A stretch of 64,000 bases of DNA, from positions 559-64,558 of the forward strand of contig CAXBCF010000017.1 in the NCBI GenBank assembly GCA_963973975.1, read 5' to 3'. The first letter of the stretch is position 1; each line of letters opens with the position of its first letter. Positions 40,767-49,760 of this stretch are shown here, piece by piece. The position numbers were made by a program, and so were the translations under genes. The notes under the pieces were generated by a model. That model saw nothing but the letters and a program-made list of their open reading frames with translations. It searched no databases and was not told where the DNA came from. Source of the DNA: an uncultured Flavobacteriales bacterium. Lineage in GTDB: Bacteria; Bacteroidota; Bacteroidia; Flavobacteriales_E; Vicingaceae.

Positions 40767-41666
40767 ATGTTAAATTACAATCAGCAAGAACAACGAATTC
40801 AAGAAATTGGGACTAAAAAAGTTTATTGTTTTGATTTAGGATCACAAAACATTGATGAAAAAACAGTTGCTTCTTTTGGTTCAGAATGGTTGAAGTTTGA
40901 TGCTTTCACTGCTGAAGAAATTAAAAATGCTGGAGATCAATATTTTGATATTGTTGATGCCAAAATGCTTAATAAAGAGAGTGTTGTTTTAGATCTGGGC
41001 TGTGGTTCAGGGAGGTGGACAAAGTACATGGCGAATCAAGCGGGTTTCATCGAAGCAGTTGATCCGAGCGAAGCAGTTTTTAGAGCAGCATCTATATACA
41101 ATTCCCTCGAAAATGTTCGATTTACACAAGCGAGTATTGAGACGCTTCCTTTTGATGATGAGAGTTTTGATTTTGTTATTTCATTGGGTGTTTTACATCA
41201 CATTCCCGATACTGAAAAAGCATTGCAATCACTGCTTAAAAAATTAAAAGTTGGTGGTTATGCACTTATTTACTTGTATTACGCCCTGGATAATAGAGGG
41301 TTTTTTTACCGCAGTTTATTTAAATTAAGCAGTATTTTTAGATTTTTAATTTCTAAATTACCGGCTAAAATAAAGCACTTTGTGTGTGATTTGATTGCTT
41401 TACTCATTTACATGCCTTTAATTTTTATTTCAAAATTGATTAAATGGATGGTTCCTGCTGAGTTCTATCAAAAATTTCCTTTATCTTATTACATCGATAA
41501 AAGTTGGAACATTATTCGAAACGATGCTTTGGATCGCTTTGGAACTCCATTGGAACAGCGCTTTACGAAAGTTCAAATTCATCAAATGCTAGAAAATTCA
41601 GGAATGAAAGACATTCTTTTTTCTGAAGGATTTCCATATTGGCATGTAGTAGCAAAAAAGAATTAA
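40767..41666 (+). CDS. Class I SAM-dependent methyltransferase with hydrophobic C-terminal segment
   Basis: Motif I VLDLGCGSGRW, FDFVISLGVLHHI, then a hydrophobic stretch IKHFVCDLIALLIYMPLIFISKLIKWMV. Confidence 0.8.
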   Translation: MLNYNQQEQRIQEIGTKKVYCFDLGSQNIDEKTVASFGSEWLKFDAFTAEEIKNAGDQYFDIVDAKMLNKESVVLDLGCGSGRWTKYMANQAGFIEAVDPSEAVFRAASIYNSLENVRFTQASIETLPFDDESFDFVISLGVLHHIPDTEKALQSLLKKLKVGGYALIYLYYALDNRGFFYRSLFKLSSIFRFLISKLPAKIKHFVCDLIALLIYMPLIFISKLIKWMVPAEFYQKFPLSYYIDKSWNIIRNDALDRFGTPLEQRFTKVQIHQMLENSGMKDILFSEGFPYWHVVAKKN

Positions 41667-42749
41667 ATGGCCAAAAAAGTACTTTTCATTGCTAATCACC
41701 GCCTAGGACGATCTCCTGGTCAGCGCTTTCGTTTTGAGCAATATTTGAATTTTCTTGAAGAAAATGGCTATGAATGGGAAATTTCCAATATTATTTCTGA
41801 AAAAGATGATGCTATTTTATACTCAAAAGGGAATTTTTTGGAAAAAGCTGCCTTGGCAAATAAGGCTTGGAAAATCAGAAAACATGATGTAGAAAGAGCG
41901 AATGAATTTGATTTAATTTTTATTTTCAGAGAAGCGCTTCTTACAAGAAGTGTTCGTTTTGAAAAACTTTTTGCAGCTTCAAAAGCTAAAGTAATATTTG
42001 ACTTTGACGATGCGATTTGGTTGCCAAATGTTTCTTCAGGGAATAAAATGCTTCAAATGCTAAAAAACCCGTCTAAAACACAAAAAATTATAGGATTGGC
42101 GGATTTGGTTTTTGCTGGCAATCGATATTTAGCTGATTTTGCCAGTCAATACAATTCAAATGTAAAGGTTATACCAACTACCATCGATACAAATTATCAT
42201 CAACGAAATAACTTTTCTGAGAAAAACACACTATGCATTGGTTGGACCGGAACTCAAACCACATTGAAATATTTAAATGAACTCCTTCCCGTTTTTATTC
42301 AGTTAAAAGAAAAATTCAAGGAAAGGATTTCTTTCAAAGTAATTTGTGATCAAGCTTGGAACCCTACAGAAATAGAGGTAAATAATGAAGTTTGGGATCC
42401 TAAAACTGAAATTCAACAATTGGAAGAAATTGACATTGGTGTGATGCCATTAACAGACGATGCTTGGAGTAGGGGGAAGTGTGGGTTTAAAGGCTTACAA
42501 TACATGGCACTTGAAATCCCTTCAGTGCTTTCACCGGTTGGAGTAAATACTGAAATAATTGAAGATGGAGTCAATGGTTTTCTTGCAGAAACTGGTGAAG
42601 ATTGGATGAGAATTCTATCTTTGCTTATTGAAGACAGTGATTTAAGAAAAAGCATTGGCAAAGCAGCTAGAAAAACGATTGAATTAAACTACTCCGTTGA
42701 GGCGAATAAAGCATTGTATTTGGAGAGTTTCAATGATTTAACAAAATAA
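41667..42749 (+). CDS. Glycosyltransferase family 1/4
   Basis: C-terminal half has GFKGLQYMALEIPSVLSPVGVNTEIIEDGVNGFL (EX7E-type motif). The start directly abuts the upstream stop. Confidence 0.8.
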   Translation: MAKKVLFIANHRLGRSPGQRFRFEQYLNFLEENGYEWEISNIISEKDDAILYSKGNFLEKAALANKAWKIRKHDVERANEFDLIFIFREALLTRSVRFEKLFAASKAKVIFDFDDAIWLPNVSSGNKMLQMLKNPSKTQKIIGLADLVFAGNRYLADFASQYNSNVKVIPTTIDTNYHQRNNFSEKNTLCIGWTGTQTTLKYLNELLPVFIQLKEKFKERISFKVICDQAWNPTEIEVNNEVWDPKTEIQQLEEIDIGVMPLTDDAWSRGKCGFKGLQYMALEIPSVLSPVGVNTEIIEDGVNGFLAETGEDWMRILSLLIEDSDLRKSIGKAARKTIELNYSVEANKALYLESFNDLTK

Positions 42750-42774
42750 ATAAACATAAAACACGCACGTATCA

Positions 42775-43851
42775 ATGAAAGAAATTGCATTATCAAAAAT
42801 CCATCAGGCTCTTGGAGCAAAAATGGTAGAATTTGCCGGCTATAATATGCCGCTTCAGTATTCAGGTTTAACCGATGAGCACTTAGCTGTTCGAAATGGT
42901 GTTGGAGTTTTTGATGTTTCTCACATGGGAGAATTTATTCTCAGAGGTGAAGGAGCCTTAGATTTAATTCAAAAAATTACGAGTAATGATGCCTCAAAAT
43001 TAGAACCTGGCAAAATTCAGTATTCTTGTTTTCCAAATGGTAAAGGAGGAATTGTAGATGATTTATTGGTTTATCAACTTTCTGATAATGCTTATATGTT
43101 AGTGGTGAATGCATCTAATATTGAAAAAGATTGGAATTGGATTGTACAGAACAATAGTTCCAATGTAGACATGGAGGATATTTCAGACCGAACAACTTTA
43201 TTGGCAGTACAAGGACCAAAAGCTGCTGAAGCGCTTAAATCCTTAACAGATATCGACTTAGAAGCAATGAAATACTATACCTTTGAAAAAGGAAAGTTTG
43301 CAGGAGTGGACAATGTATTGATTTCTGCAACTGGTTACACTGGCTCTGGTGGCTTTGAAATCTATTTTGACAATGAGCACGCAGAGAAGATTTGGACTAA
43401 AGTGATGGAAGCAGGAAAACCTTTTGGCATCATGCCTGCGGGATTAGGCGCGAGAGATACCTTGAGATTGGAAAAAGGCTTTTGTTTGTATGGGAATGAC
43501 ATTGACGATACCACTTCTCCCATTGAAGCTGGCTTGGGTTGGATTACTAAATTCACCAAAGATTTTATTGATGGAGATTTGCTCAAAAAGCAAAAAGAAA
43601 ATGGTACAGATCGTAAACTAGCTGCTTTTAAAATGATTGATCGTGGCATACCTCGACAAGGTTATTCAATTGTTGATGCTTCGGGAAGTAAAATAGGTCA
43701 TGTGACTTCGGGAACGAGTTCACCTTCATTGAAAGTAGGAATAGGAATGGGCTATGTGTCTACACCAAAAGCCTTAGTTGGTGAAGAAGTTTTCATTGAA
43801 ATACGCGGTAAAAGTTTAAAGGCACAAATCGAAAAATTGCCATTTCTTTAG
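42775..43851 (+). CDS. gcvT: Glycine cleavage system aminomethyltransferase T
   Basis: [33 protein letters not shown] and [18 protein letters not shown] are GcvT signatures. Confidence 0.95.
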   Translation: MKEIALSKIHQALGAKMVEFAGYNMPLQYSGLTDEHLAVRNGVGVFDVSHMGEFILRGEGALDLIQKITSNDASKLEPGKIQYSCFPNGKGGIVDDLLVYQLSDNAYMLVVNASNIEKDWNWIVQNNSSNVDMEDISDRTTLLAVQGPKAAEALKSLTDIDLEAMKYYTFEKGKFAGVDNVLISATGYTGSGGFEIYFDNEHAEKIWTKVMEAGKPFGIMPAGLGARDTLRLEKGFCLYGNDIDDTTSPIEAGLGWITKFTKDFIDGDLLKKQKENGTDRKLAAFKMIDRGIPRQGYSIVDASGSKIGHVTSGTSSPSLKVGIGMGYVSTPKALVGEEVFIEIRGKSLKAQIEKLPFL

Positions 43852-43854
43852 CCT

Positions 43855-44595
43855 ATGGAAACAACAGAACTTCCACACCAACGGAAAATAGAGGTTTGTT
43901 ATTCACCAGCATTGTTTCCTGTTTATTACAGCAATAAAAATTGTGTTGTTGTAGTAATCGATATTTTTCGTGCAACTTCTGCGATTTGCACTGCTTTTCA
44001 ATACGGTGTTTCAAAGATTATTCCTGTTTCTAGTGTTGATGAAGCTCGGGTTTATCAGGCGCAGGGATTTATCGCTGCCGCTGAACGATCTGGTGAAGTG
44101 GTCGAAGGTTTTGATATGGGCAATTCACCTTTTAGTTACATGAATCATGTTTTAAAGGGTAGAGAAATAGTATTAACCACCACCAACGGAACCAAAGCTA
44201 TTGAAAGAGCAAAAGCCGCCGATCAAATTATTGTTGGTTCATTTCTAAACATTCAAGCGGTTTGCAATTATTTGGAGCAACAAAATAAGAACGTGATTTT
44301 ACTTTGTGCAGGTTGGAAAGACCGATACAACATGGAAGACTCCCTTTTTGCTGGAGCTGTAGTTGACCAATTAAAAAAGAACCCAATTTATACTGGGCTT
44401 GCTGATTCTTCTTTAGCTGCTAATCATTTATATGCCTCAGCAAAGGGCAATTTAATGGAATTTTTAAAACCCTCTTCTCATAGAAGAAGGTTAGAACGCT
44501 TAAATTTGGATCGAGATATTGAATATTGTTTACAAATGAACACCATGGATCTTGTGCCGATTTTTAAGGGAAATGGTTTAGTAATTGAGAACTGA
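43855..44595 (+). CDS. 2-phosphosulfolactate phosphatase (ComB) family protein
   Basis: VVVIDIFRATSAICTAF, GFDMGNSPFSY and TTTNGTKAI match ComB-family motifs as I remember them. Confidence 0.75.
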   Translation: METTELPHQRKIEVCYSPALFPVYYSNKNCVVVVIDIFRATSAICTAFQYGVSKIIPVSSVDEARVYQAQGFIAAAERSGEVVEGFDMGNSPFSYMNHVLKGREIVLTTTNGTKAIERAKAADQIIVGSFLNIQAVCNYLEQQNKNVILLCAGWKDRYNMEDSLFAGAVVDQLKKNPIYTGLADSSLAANHLYASAKGNLMEFLKPSSHRRRLERLNLDRDIEYCLQMNTMDLVPIFKGNGLVIEN

Positions 44596-45572
44596 TGCAA
44601 TCAAAGCTGAAATTTTTTACGGCTTTACTTTTTATTTTAATGCTTTTTCCTTCATGGGGTTTTTACGGCCATCGTAGGATTAACCGAATGGCTGTTTTTA
44701 CACTTCCCCCTGAAATGATAGGCTTTTATAAAAGTCATATCGAGTATATTACAGCACATGCAGTTGATCCTGATAAAAGAAGGTATGCCACTAAAAATGA
44801 GGCTCCAAAGCATTATATCGACATTGATCATTACGCAAAAGGGGGAGAAAATCCCTTTGAGATTATGCCAAAGTATTGGAATGATGCTGTTGAGAAATTT
44901 ACAGAAGATACATTACAAGCTTATGGCATCGTGCCTTGGTACGTAGCTTCAATGACTAAATGGTTGAGCAATGCTTTTAAGGAGGGAGATGCCAATAAAA
45001 TATTGTACCTCTCAGCTGACTTGGGTCACTACATTGCCGATGCTCATGTTCCTTTGCATACTACAGAAAACTACAATGGACAGTTGACCAATCAAAAAGG
45101 AATTCACGGATTGTGGGAGTCAAGGATTCCCGAACTTACAGCCGATGAATATGATTATTTAGTTGGTCGTGCCAAATATATTCCAAAACCAATTGACGCC
45201 ATTTGGAAAGTAATTGAAGAAAGCCATTCTCACCTAGATTCTGTTCTTTTTATTGAAAAAGATTTGACAAATAAGTTTCCTACAGATAAGAAATACGCTT
45301 TTGAAAGCCGTGGATTGTCAACGGTGAAACAGTATTCCCAAGAATTTTCTTTGGCTTACTATCATCGAATGGGATCAATGGTTGAATCACGGATGCAAAA
45401 AGCAATTGAAATGGTTGGCAGTTTATGGTACACGGCATGGGTAGATGCAGGTCAACCTAATTTAGAACTACTGGATAAAAAAGTGGATCAAGAAGCCATT
45501 GCCAAAAAAATAGCAGCCGAAGAAGAAGCCATTAAAGGAGAGGAGATTAAGGGAAGAGCGCATGATGATTGA
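44595..45572 (+). CDS. S1/P1 nuclease / zinc-dependent phospholipase C superfamily protein
   Basis: The mature N-terminus WGFYGHRRINRMA, HYIDIDHY, LGHYIADAHVPLHT and IHGLWES reproduce the Zn-ligand pattern (W/H...D...H...HxxxDxxxxxH...HxxxE/D) of this superfamily. The start overlaps the comB-like stop (TGATG). Confidence 0.7.
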   Translation: MQSKLKFFTALLFILMLFPSWGFYGHRRINRMAVFTLPPEMIGFYKSHIEYITAHAVDPDKRRYATKNEAPKHYIDIDHYAKGGENPFEIMPKYWNDAVEKFTEDTLQAYGIVPWYVASMTKWLSNAFKEGDANKILYLSADLGHYIADAHVPLHTTENYNGQLTNQKGIHGLWESRIPELTADEYDYLVGRAKYIPKPIDAIWKVIEESHSHLDSVLFIEKDLTNKFPTDKKYAFESRGLSTVKQYSQEFSLAYYHRMGSMVESRMQKAIEMVGSLWYTAWVDAGQPNLELLDKKVDQEAIAKKIAAEEEAIKGEEIKGRAHDD

Positions 45573-45746
45573 AGGTTTATGATGATTTCTATTACTTATT
45601 ACACATGTTTATGGTAAAAGCTAAAGAGCCAAATTTTCCTCTAACTTTTAAATTCGTATACTTATTATTGGTTTTTGAAAATCAGAATAAATTCCTGTAA
45701 ATTTAAGCTTCAATAAGTTTTTCTAAGAAGCACCCCATTAATTAGT

Positions 45747-48707
45747 TCATTTTATTCTAGTCCTACTCCTCATTATCAAAGGGAATCGAATTTCTACCTT
45801 TGTTCCCTTATCTAAATCTTCGATGTGGATCAAAATCGGATAAATTAAGCTTGCATTAATCAGATTAATTCTTTTTTCAATTGCAGCTGTGGAAAATGAT
45901 TGGTGATTTTTTTTTCTTCGTTGGTTTATTTTGTTGGATGCCTCCATGCCAATACCATTGTCAATAATTTGGCATAAAACGCTTTTTTCTTCTTTAAGAA
46001 ATCTAATGATTAATTTTTTTTCTTCGTTTTGGCTATGAAGCAATCCATGTTTTATTGCATTTTCCACATAAGGTTGAAGCATCATTGGTGGAATGGAGAA
46101 ATTGAGCAATTCTTCTTCATCTTCAATAATAATTTCTGTAGTTACTTTATCGTTAAACCTTAACTTTTCAAGATCTAAATATATTTTTAATAGATCAACC
46201 TCTTCCTGAATTGAAATTCTATCTTTTGAGCTATAATTTAAAACAGAACGAAGCAATTCTGCAAACTTTCCTAAGTATAAATTACTCTCATTTACTTGCT
46301 TTTGAATGATAAGGTTCTGAATGGAATTTAATGCATTAAAAATAAAATGAGGGTTCATTTGTGCCTTCAGTCCATCTATTTCTGATTGAATAAGTTTTGT
46401 TTGAAGCTCCTTTTCTTTTTTAATTCTCTTTAGCCGTTTACTGAAGATAAAAAAAAGTAATGCAAATAGGATTAATGAAACGAATAGAAAGAATAACCAA
46501 CTTTGCCAAACAGGGGATTTAATTTCAAATGAAAAGCTTTTAATTTTACTTCTATTTCCATTGAATCCTTCTACATAGACCTCAAAAGTATAATTTCCAG
46601 GTGATAAATTGGGAAACCTTATGATGGTGTTTTTATCTAATCGAATCCACTCTTGATTTGCACCAAGAAGACGATAATAGTACAAACGATTTTCAAAACT
46701 TCTTAAATCTAAAGCGGATAGTTGAATAGTAAGTCTATTTTGATTGTAGTCGAAATGATTTTTCTCAGTCGGATCGACTACTTTATCATCAATTTTTACT
46801 TCTTTGATAAAGACTTCATTATTTATAAATTCAGCATTGTTTTCCATGGCTAAAACTGTCAATCCCTTATTTGAAATTGCATACATCTTACCATTTGAAA
46901 CAATAGCCTTAGAAATGTTATCGCTTGGTAACCCATTGTTTTTTGTCCATCGCATGTATTTTTTTGTCGTCCTATCAAAAGTGAATACTCCAATGTTGGT
47001 GCTTGCAATAATTAAGGGCTCATGATATGAAATGGAGTTAATATAAATCGTAGGAAAGTCTTCGGAAAGCACAACATATTCAATAAGAACACTACCAGAA
47101 TAAAAATAAATTGCATTTGCCGTGGAAATCCACAATTCTCCTTGTTTAGTAATCTGTAAGTCGTTCGCTAAAATAGCTTTGTCCTCGAATTTAATTTGAG
47201 TTTTAGTGTTCTTTTTGTATTTCCAAACCCCACGACCATCAATGACCCAAACCGAAGAATCAAAAGGATTGATTAAAGTCTTTACACACCTGTCGTTGCT
47301 AATTCTAGTATAGCTTAAATTCGATACACTTTCAAAGGAGAGGCTATCTGAAATGTTTTTATTAAAATAAGCTTCCAGGCTCAGTTCATCACCATTTAAA
47401 AATCCAGTGAAGCATCCATAGGTATTTCCATAAATTAAGAAGTTACTCATTTTATCTAAGTCCTTATTTCCGAGATTTGGGAAGGAATCAAGCAAGCGAA
47501 TTTGCGGAACAATTTGGAACTCATAAGCATAATTGAAGGTTCCAATGAGCAATGAATTTGAAGCTATACTATACTTCATTACTGAAATTTCTTCACTTGG
47601 TTTTTCGATGCATTTTTGAATTTTAGCTTCACTATCGAAGCACCATATCTTTTCTTTATCTTCAAGAAAGAAAACAGTATTCTCAACCTCAACCAATCCG
47701 GTTAAATTATTACTTTCCAACAAAGAGCCATCGGAAGTAAATACTTTAGACTGGAGGTTTGGAATGAAGTAAAGTCCATTTTCAAGTGTAGAAACCCATA
47801 AAGAATTTTTATTCGCAACAACTCCTGTAATCTTCTCTTCTTTAAATAAATAGCTTTCTAAATGATAATGCTCGTTATAGATTTCCAAACCATACTCTCC
47901 AAAAAATAGAATTCCGTTTTGCTTGCTCTCACTTCTATATCTTCCAATTTTATCTTTAAATATCTCTTCAATTTCGATAAATTGATTTATCTTTTTATCA
48001 AACTTTAGAAGCTTTTCATCTTGACCTAAAGCAACATAATGTAAAGATTGAGGAGTTTTTATATAGTGCCCTTTATAAATTAAATTACCTTCATAAATAA
48101 CTTCTACTAATTTGCTTGATAAATTATAAGTAATAAGTCTTTGAATTTCTCCATCAAGAATCCTTAGATGGATTTTATCATCCCAAAATAATAGTGGCTC
48201 AATGTATTGACCCTTTGATAATTTAAGCCCTAATTGGATATAATCAAACTTTTTATTTATTAAGTTAAATGTTGTAATTATGGATGATTTAGAGGGGAGG
48301 TAGAGTATATTTTCATGAACCAAAAAATTGGTATACTGCTCTGTACTATCATTCCAATCAATGACAAGTCTAATGGAATCAGACTCAATTTTATAAATCC
48401 GATTTTTTAAACCAGTACCATAAACATTCCCAGTTTCATCTTTTTGAAAATAAAGAATTTCGTCCTTAATGGTGTTTTCCCAAGGGATAGCCCTGTTCTC
48501 TAGACCATCAAATTCGTATACACCTGACTCTGTGCATAAATAAATAAACTCTGAATTGCTTTTCGTAATATGATATATGTGACTAAAGGGGTAATCGATT
48601 CTTGTATTAAGATCAAAATAGAAGCTACTTTGTGCTTTTGTATAGGAGAATAAAAAGTTAAGTAGAAGAAAGAAAAGAAAAAATATATTTATAACTTGCT
48701 TTTTCAC
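45747..48707 (-). CDS. Sensor histidine kinase, LytS/His_kinase type, with large periplasmic propeller / Y_Y_Y-like sensor
   Basis: 986 aa with an N-terminal leader, ~720-aa extracytoplasmic region, TM WLFFLFVSLILFALLFFIF, then QMNPHFIFNALNSIQNLI (LytS-type H-box) and an HATPase region (IIDNGIGM). Confidence 0.85.
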   Translation of the reverse strand: MKKQVINIFFLFFLLLNFLFSYTKAQSSFYFDLNTRIDYPFSHIYHITKSNSEFIYLCTESGVYEFDGLENRAIPWENTIKDEILYFQKDETGNVYGTGLKNRIYKIESDSIRLVIDWNDSTEQYTNFLVHENILYLPSKSSIITTFNLINKKFDYIQLGLKLSKGQYIEPLLFWDDKIHLRILDGEIQRLITYNLSSKLVEVIYEGNLIYKGHYIKTPQSLHYVALGQDEKLLKFDKKINQFIEIEEIFKDKIGRYRSESKQNGILFFGEYGLEIYNEHYHLESYLFKEEKITGVVANKNSLWVSTLENGLYFIPNLQSKVFTSDGSLLESNNLTGLVEVENTVFFLEDKEKIWCFDSEAKIQKCIEKPSEEISVMKYSIASNSLLIGTFNYAYEFQIVPQIRLLDSFPNLGNKDLDKMSNFLIYGNTYGCFTGFLNGDELSLEAYFNKNISDSLSFESVSNLSYTRISNDRCVKTLINPFDSSVWVIDGRGVWKYKKNTKTQIKFEDKAILANDLQITKQGELWISTANAIYFYSGSVLIEYVVLSEDFPTIYINSISYHEPLIIASTNIGVFTFDRTTKKYMRWTKNNGLPSDNISKAIVSNGKMYAISNKGLTVLAMENNAEFINNEVFIKEVKIDDKVVDPTEKNHFDYNQNRLTIQLSALDLRSFENRLYYYRLLGANQEWIRLDKNTIIRFPNLSPGNYTFEVYVEGFNGNRSKIKSFSFEIKSPVWQSWLFFLFVSLILFALLFFIFSKRLKRIKKEKELQTKLIQSEIDGLKAQMNPHFIFNALNSIQNLIIQKQVNESNLYLGKFAELLRSVLNYSSKDRISIQEEVDLLKIYLDLEKLRFNDKVTTEIIIEDEEELLNFSIPPMMLQPYVENAIKHGLLHSQNEEKKLIIRFLKEEKSVLCQIIDNGIGMEASNKINQRRKKNHQSFSTAAIEKRINLINASLIYPILIHIEDLDKGTKVEIRFPLIMRSRTRIK

Positions 48708-49447
48708 AATCTTTTAATCAATATTTCAACCTCAGAGAGATATTCCTTACTATATTTTACTTCAATTTTATTTTGCAATTGTATCGTTCTATCTGTTTTA
48801 TTAAATGAAAGAATTTTAGATGTATTGATTAGATAGGAACGATGAAATCTTGCAAATTGACCAGTTTCTTTTAAAAGTTCTTCAATTTTATTCAGGCTCT
48901 TACTTATCAGTAATTTGTCATTTTTATAGAAAATGTAAGCATATCCTCGATCTGCTTTAACTGCAATAATGTCTGTTACGTTTAGGGCGTAATATCCTCC
49001 TGAAAATGGAATTGATATTTTTTCAAGTTTTTTATTATGTAGGTAAGATTCTAAAATCTTCAATCTACTATCGCTTTCCTTGGCCATTTTCTTCGAAAAA
49101 ACCTTCTCAATTGCTTCTTTTAAACGATCTACATTAATTGGTTTTAATAAATAATCAATCGCTGATATTTCGAAGGCTCTTACAGCATGATTTGAATATG
49201 CAGTGACGAAAATGATCTCAAAATTTATCTGTTCAAAGAAATCCAATAACTCAAAACCAGAATAATTTGGCATTTCAATGTCTAAAAAGACTAGGTCAGG
49301 TTGATATTTATGAATCAATTTAACTCCTTCTTTGATATCCTCAGCCTCTCCCATCAATTGCACTCTGCCCTCACAATGCTCCGATAGGTTAAACTTAAGA
49401 ACATTTCTTGCGCCCTCTTCATCTTCAATGATAATTGCTTTTAACAT
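48704..49447 (-). CDS. LytTR-family response regulator
   Basis: Receiver domain (IIIEDEE, PDLVFLDIEMPNYSGFE, IIFVTAY) plus C-terminal LytTR domain (FARFHRSYLINTSKI). There is a 4-nt overlap with the kinase gene. Confidence 0.92.
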   Translation of the reverse strand: MLKAIIIEDEEGARNVLKFNLSEHCEGRVQLMGEAEDIKEGVKLIHKYQPDLVFLDIEMPNYSGFELLDFFEQINFEIIFVTAYSNHAVRAFEISAIDYLLKPINVDRLKEAIEKVFSKKMAKESDSRLKILESYLHNKKLEKISIPFSGGYYALNVTDIIAVKADRGYAYIFYKNDKLLISKSLNKIEELLKETGQFARFHRSYLINTSKILSFNKTDRTIQLQNKIEVKYSKEYLSEVEILIKRL

Positions 49448-49580
49448 GTTATTCTAATCTAAAAAAAAGACGTTTCGAAGTCGATCAAAACGCCCTTTCA
49501 AATCTAATTGTTTAACTACCATCAAGAAATTAATTTTGATAAGATGAATGATAGCAAAGTTAAAAATAAGAAGACCGCAG

Positions 49581-49609
49581 ACGAAGCCATAATTTATTTT
49601 CCGTAAAGG
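49581..49609. promoter_or_regulatory. Direct-repeat element upstream of the LytTR operon (shared with 52785-52815)
   Basis: ACGAAGCCATAATTTATTTTCCGTAAAGG: half-sites CGAAGC and CCGTAAAG about 20 nt apart, 134-162 nt upstream of the response-regulator start. Confidence 0.45.
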
Positions 49610-49713
49610 TTATTTTGCTTTTTTTAGGATTATTCTTTTCGTAATTACTTTTAACTTCTTCCAAAGTTTATTTTCTAGATGTTTCCTTTAGTCTTGTAAA
49701 GTATGTTTTAAAG

Positions 49714-49748
49714 AAAAAAGCGCTTACAAAAGAAAGCGCTTTTTTTTT
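49714..49748 (-). terminator. Intrinsic terminator after the LamG-repeat gene
   Basis: AAAAAGCGCTT-ACAAAAGA-AAGCGCTTTTT with A/T runs on both sides, 13 nt beyond the stop at 49761. Confidence 0.75.
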
Positions 49749-49760
49749 GGGGTAGATTTT

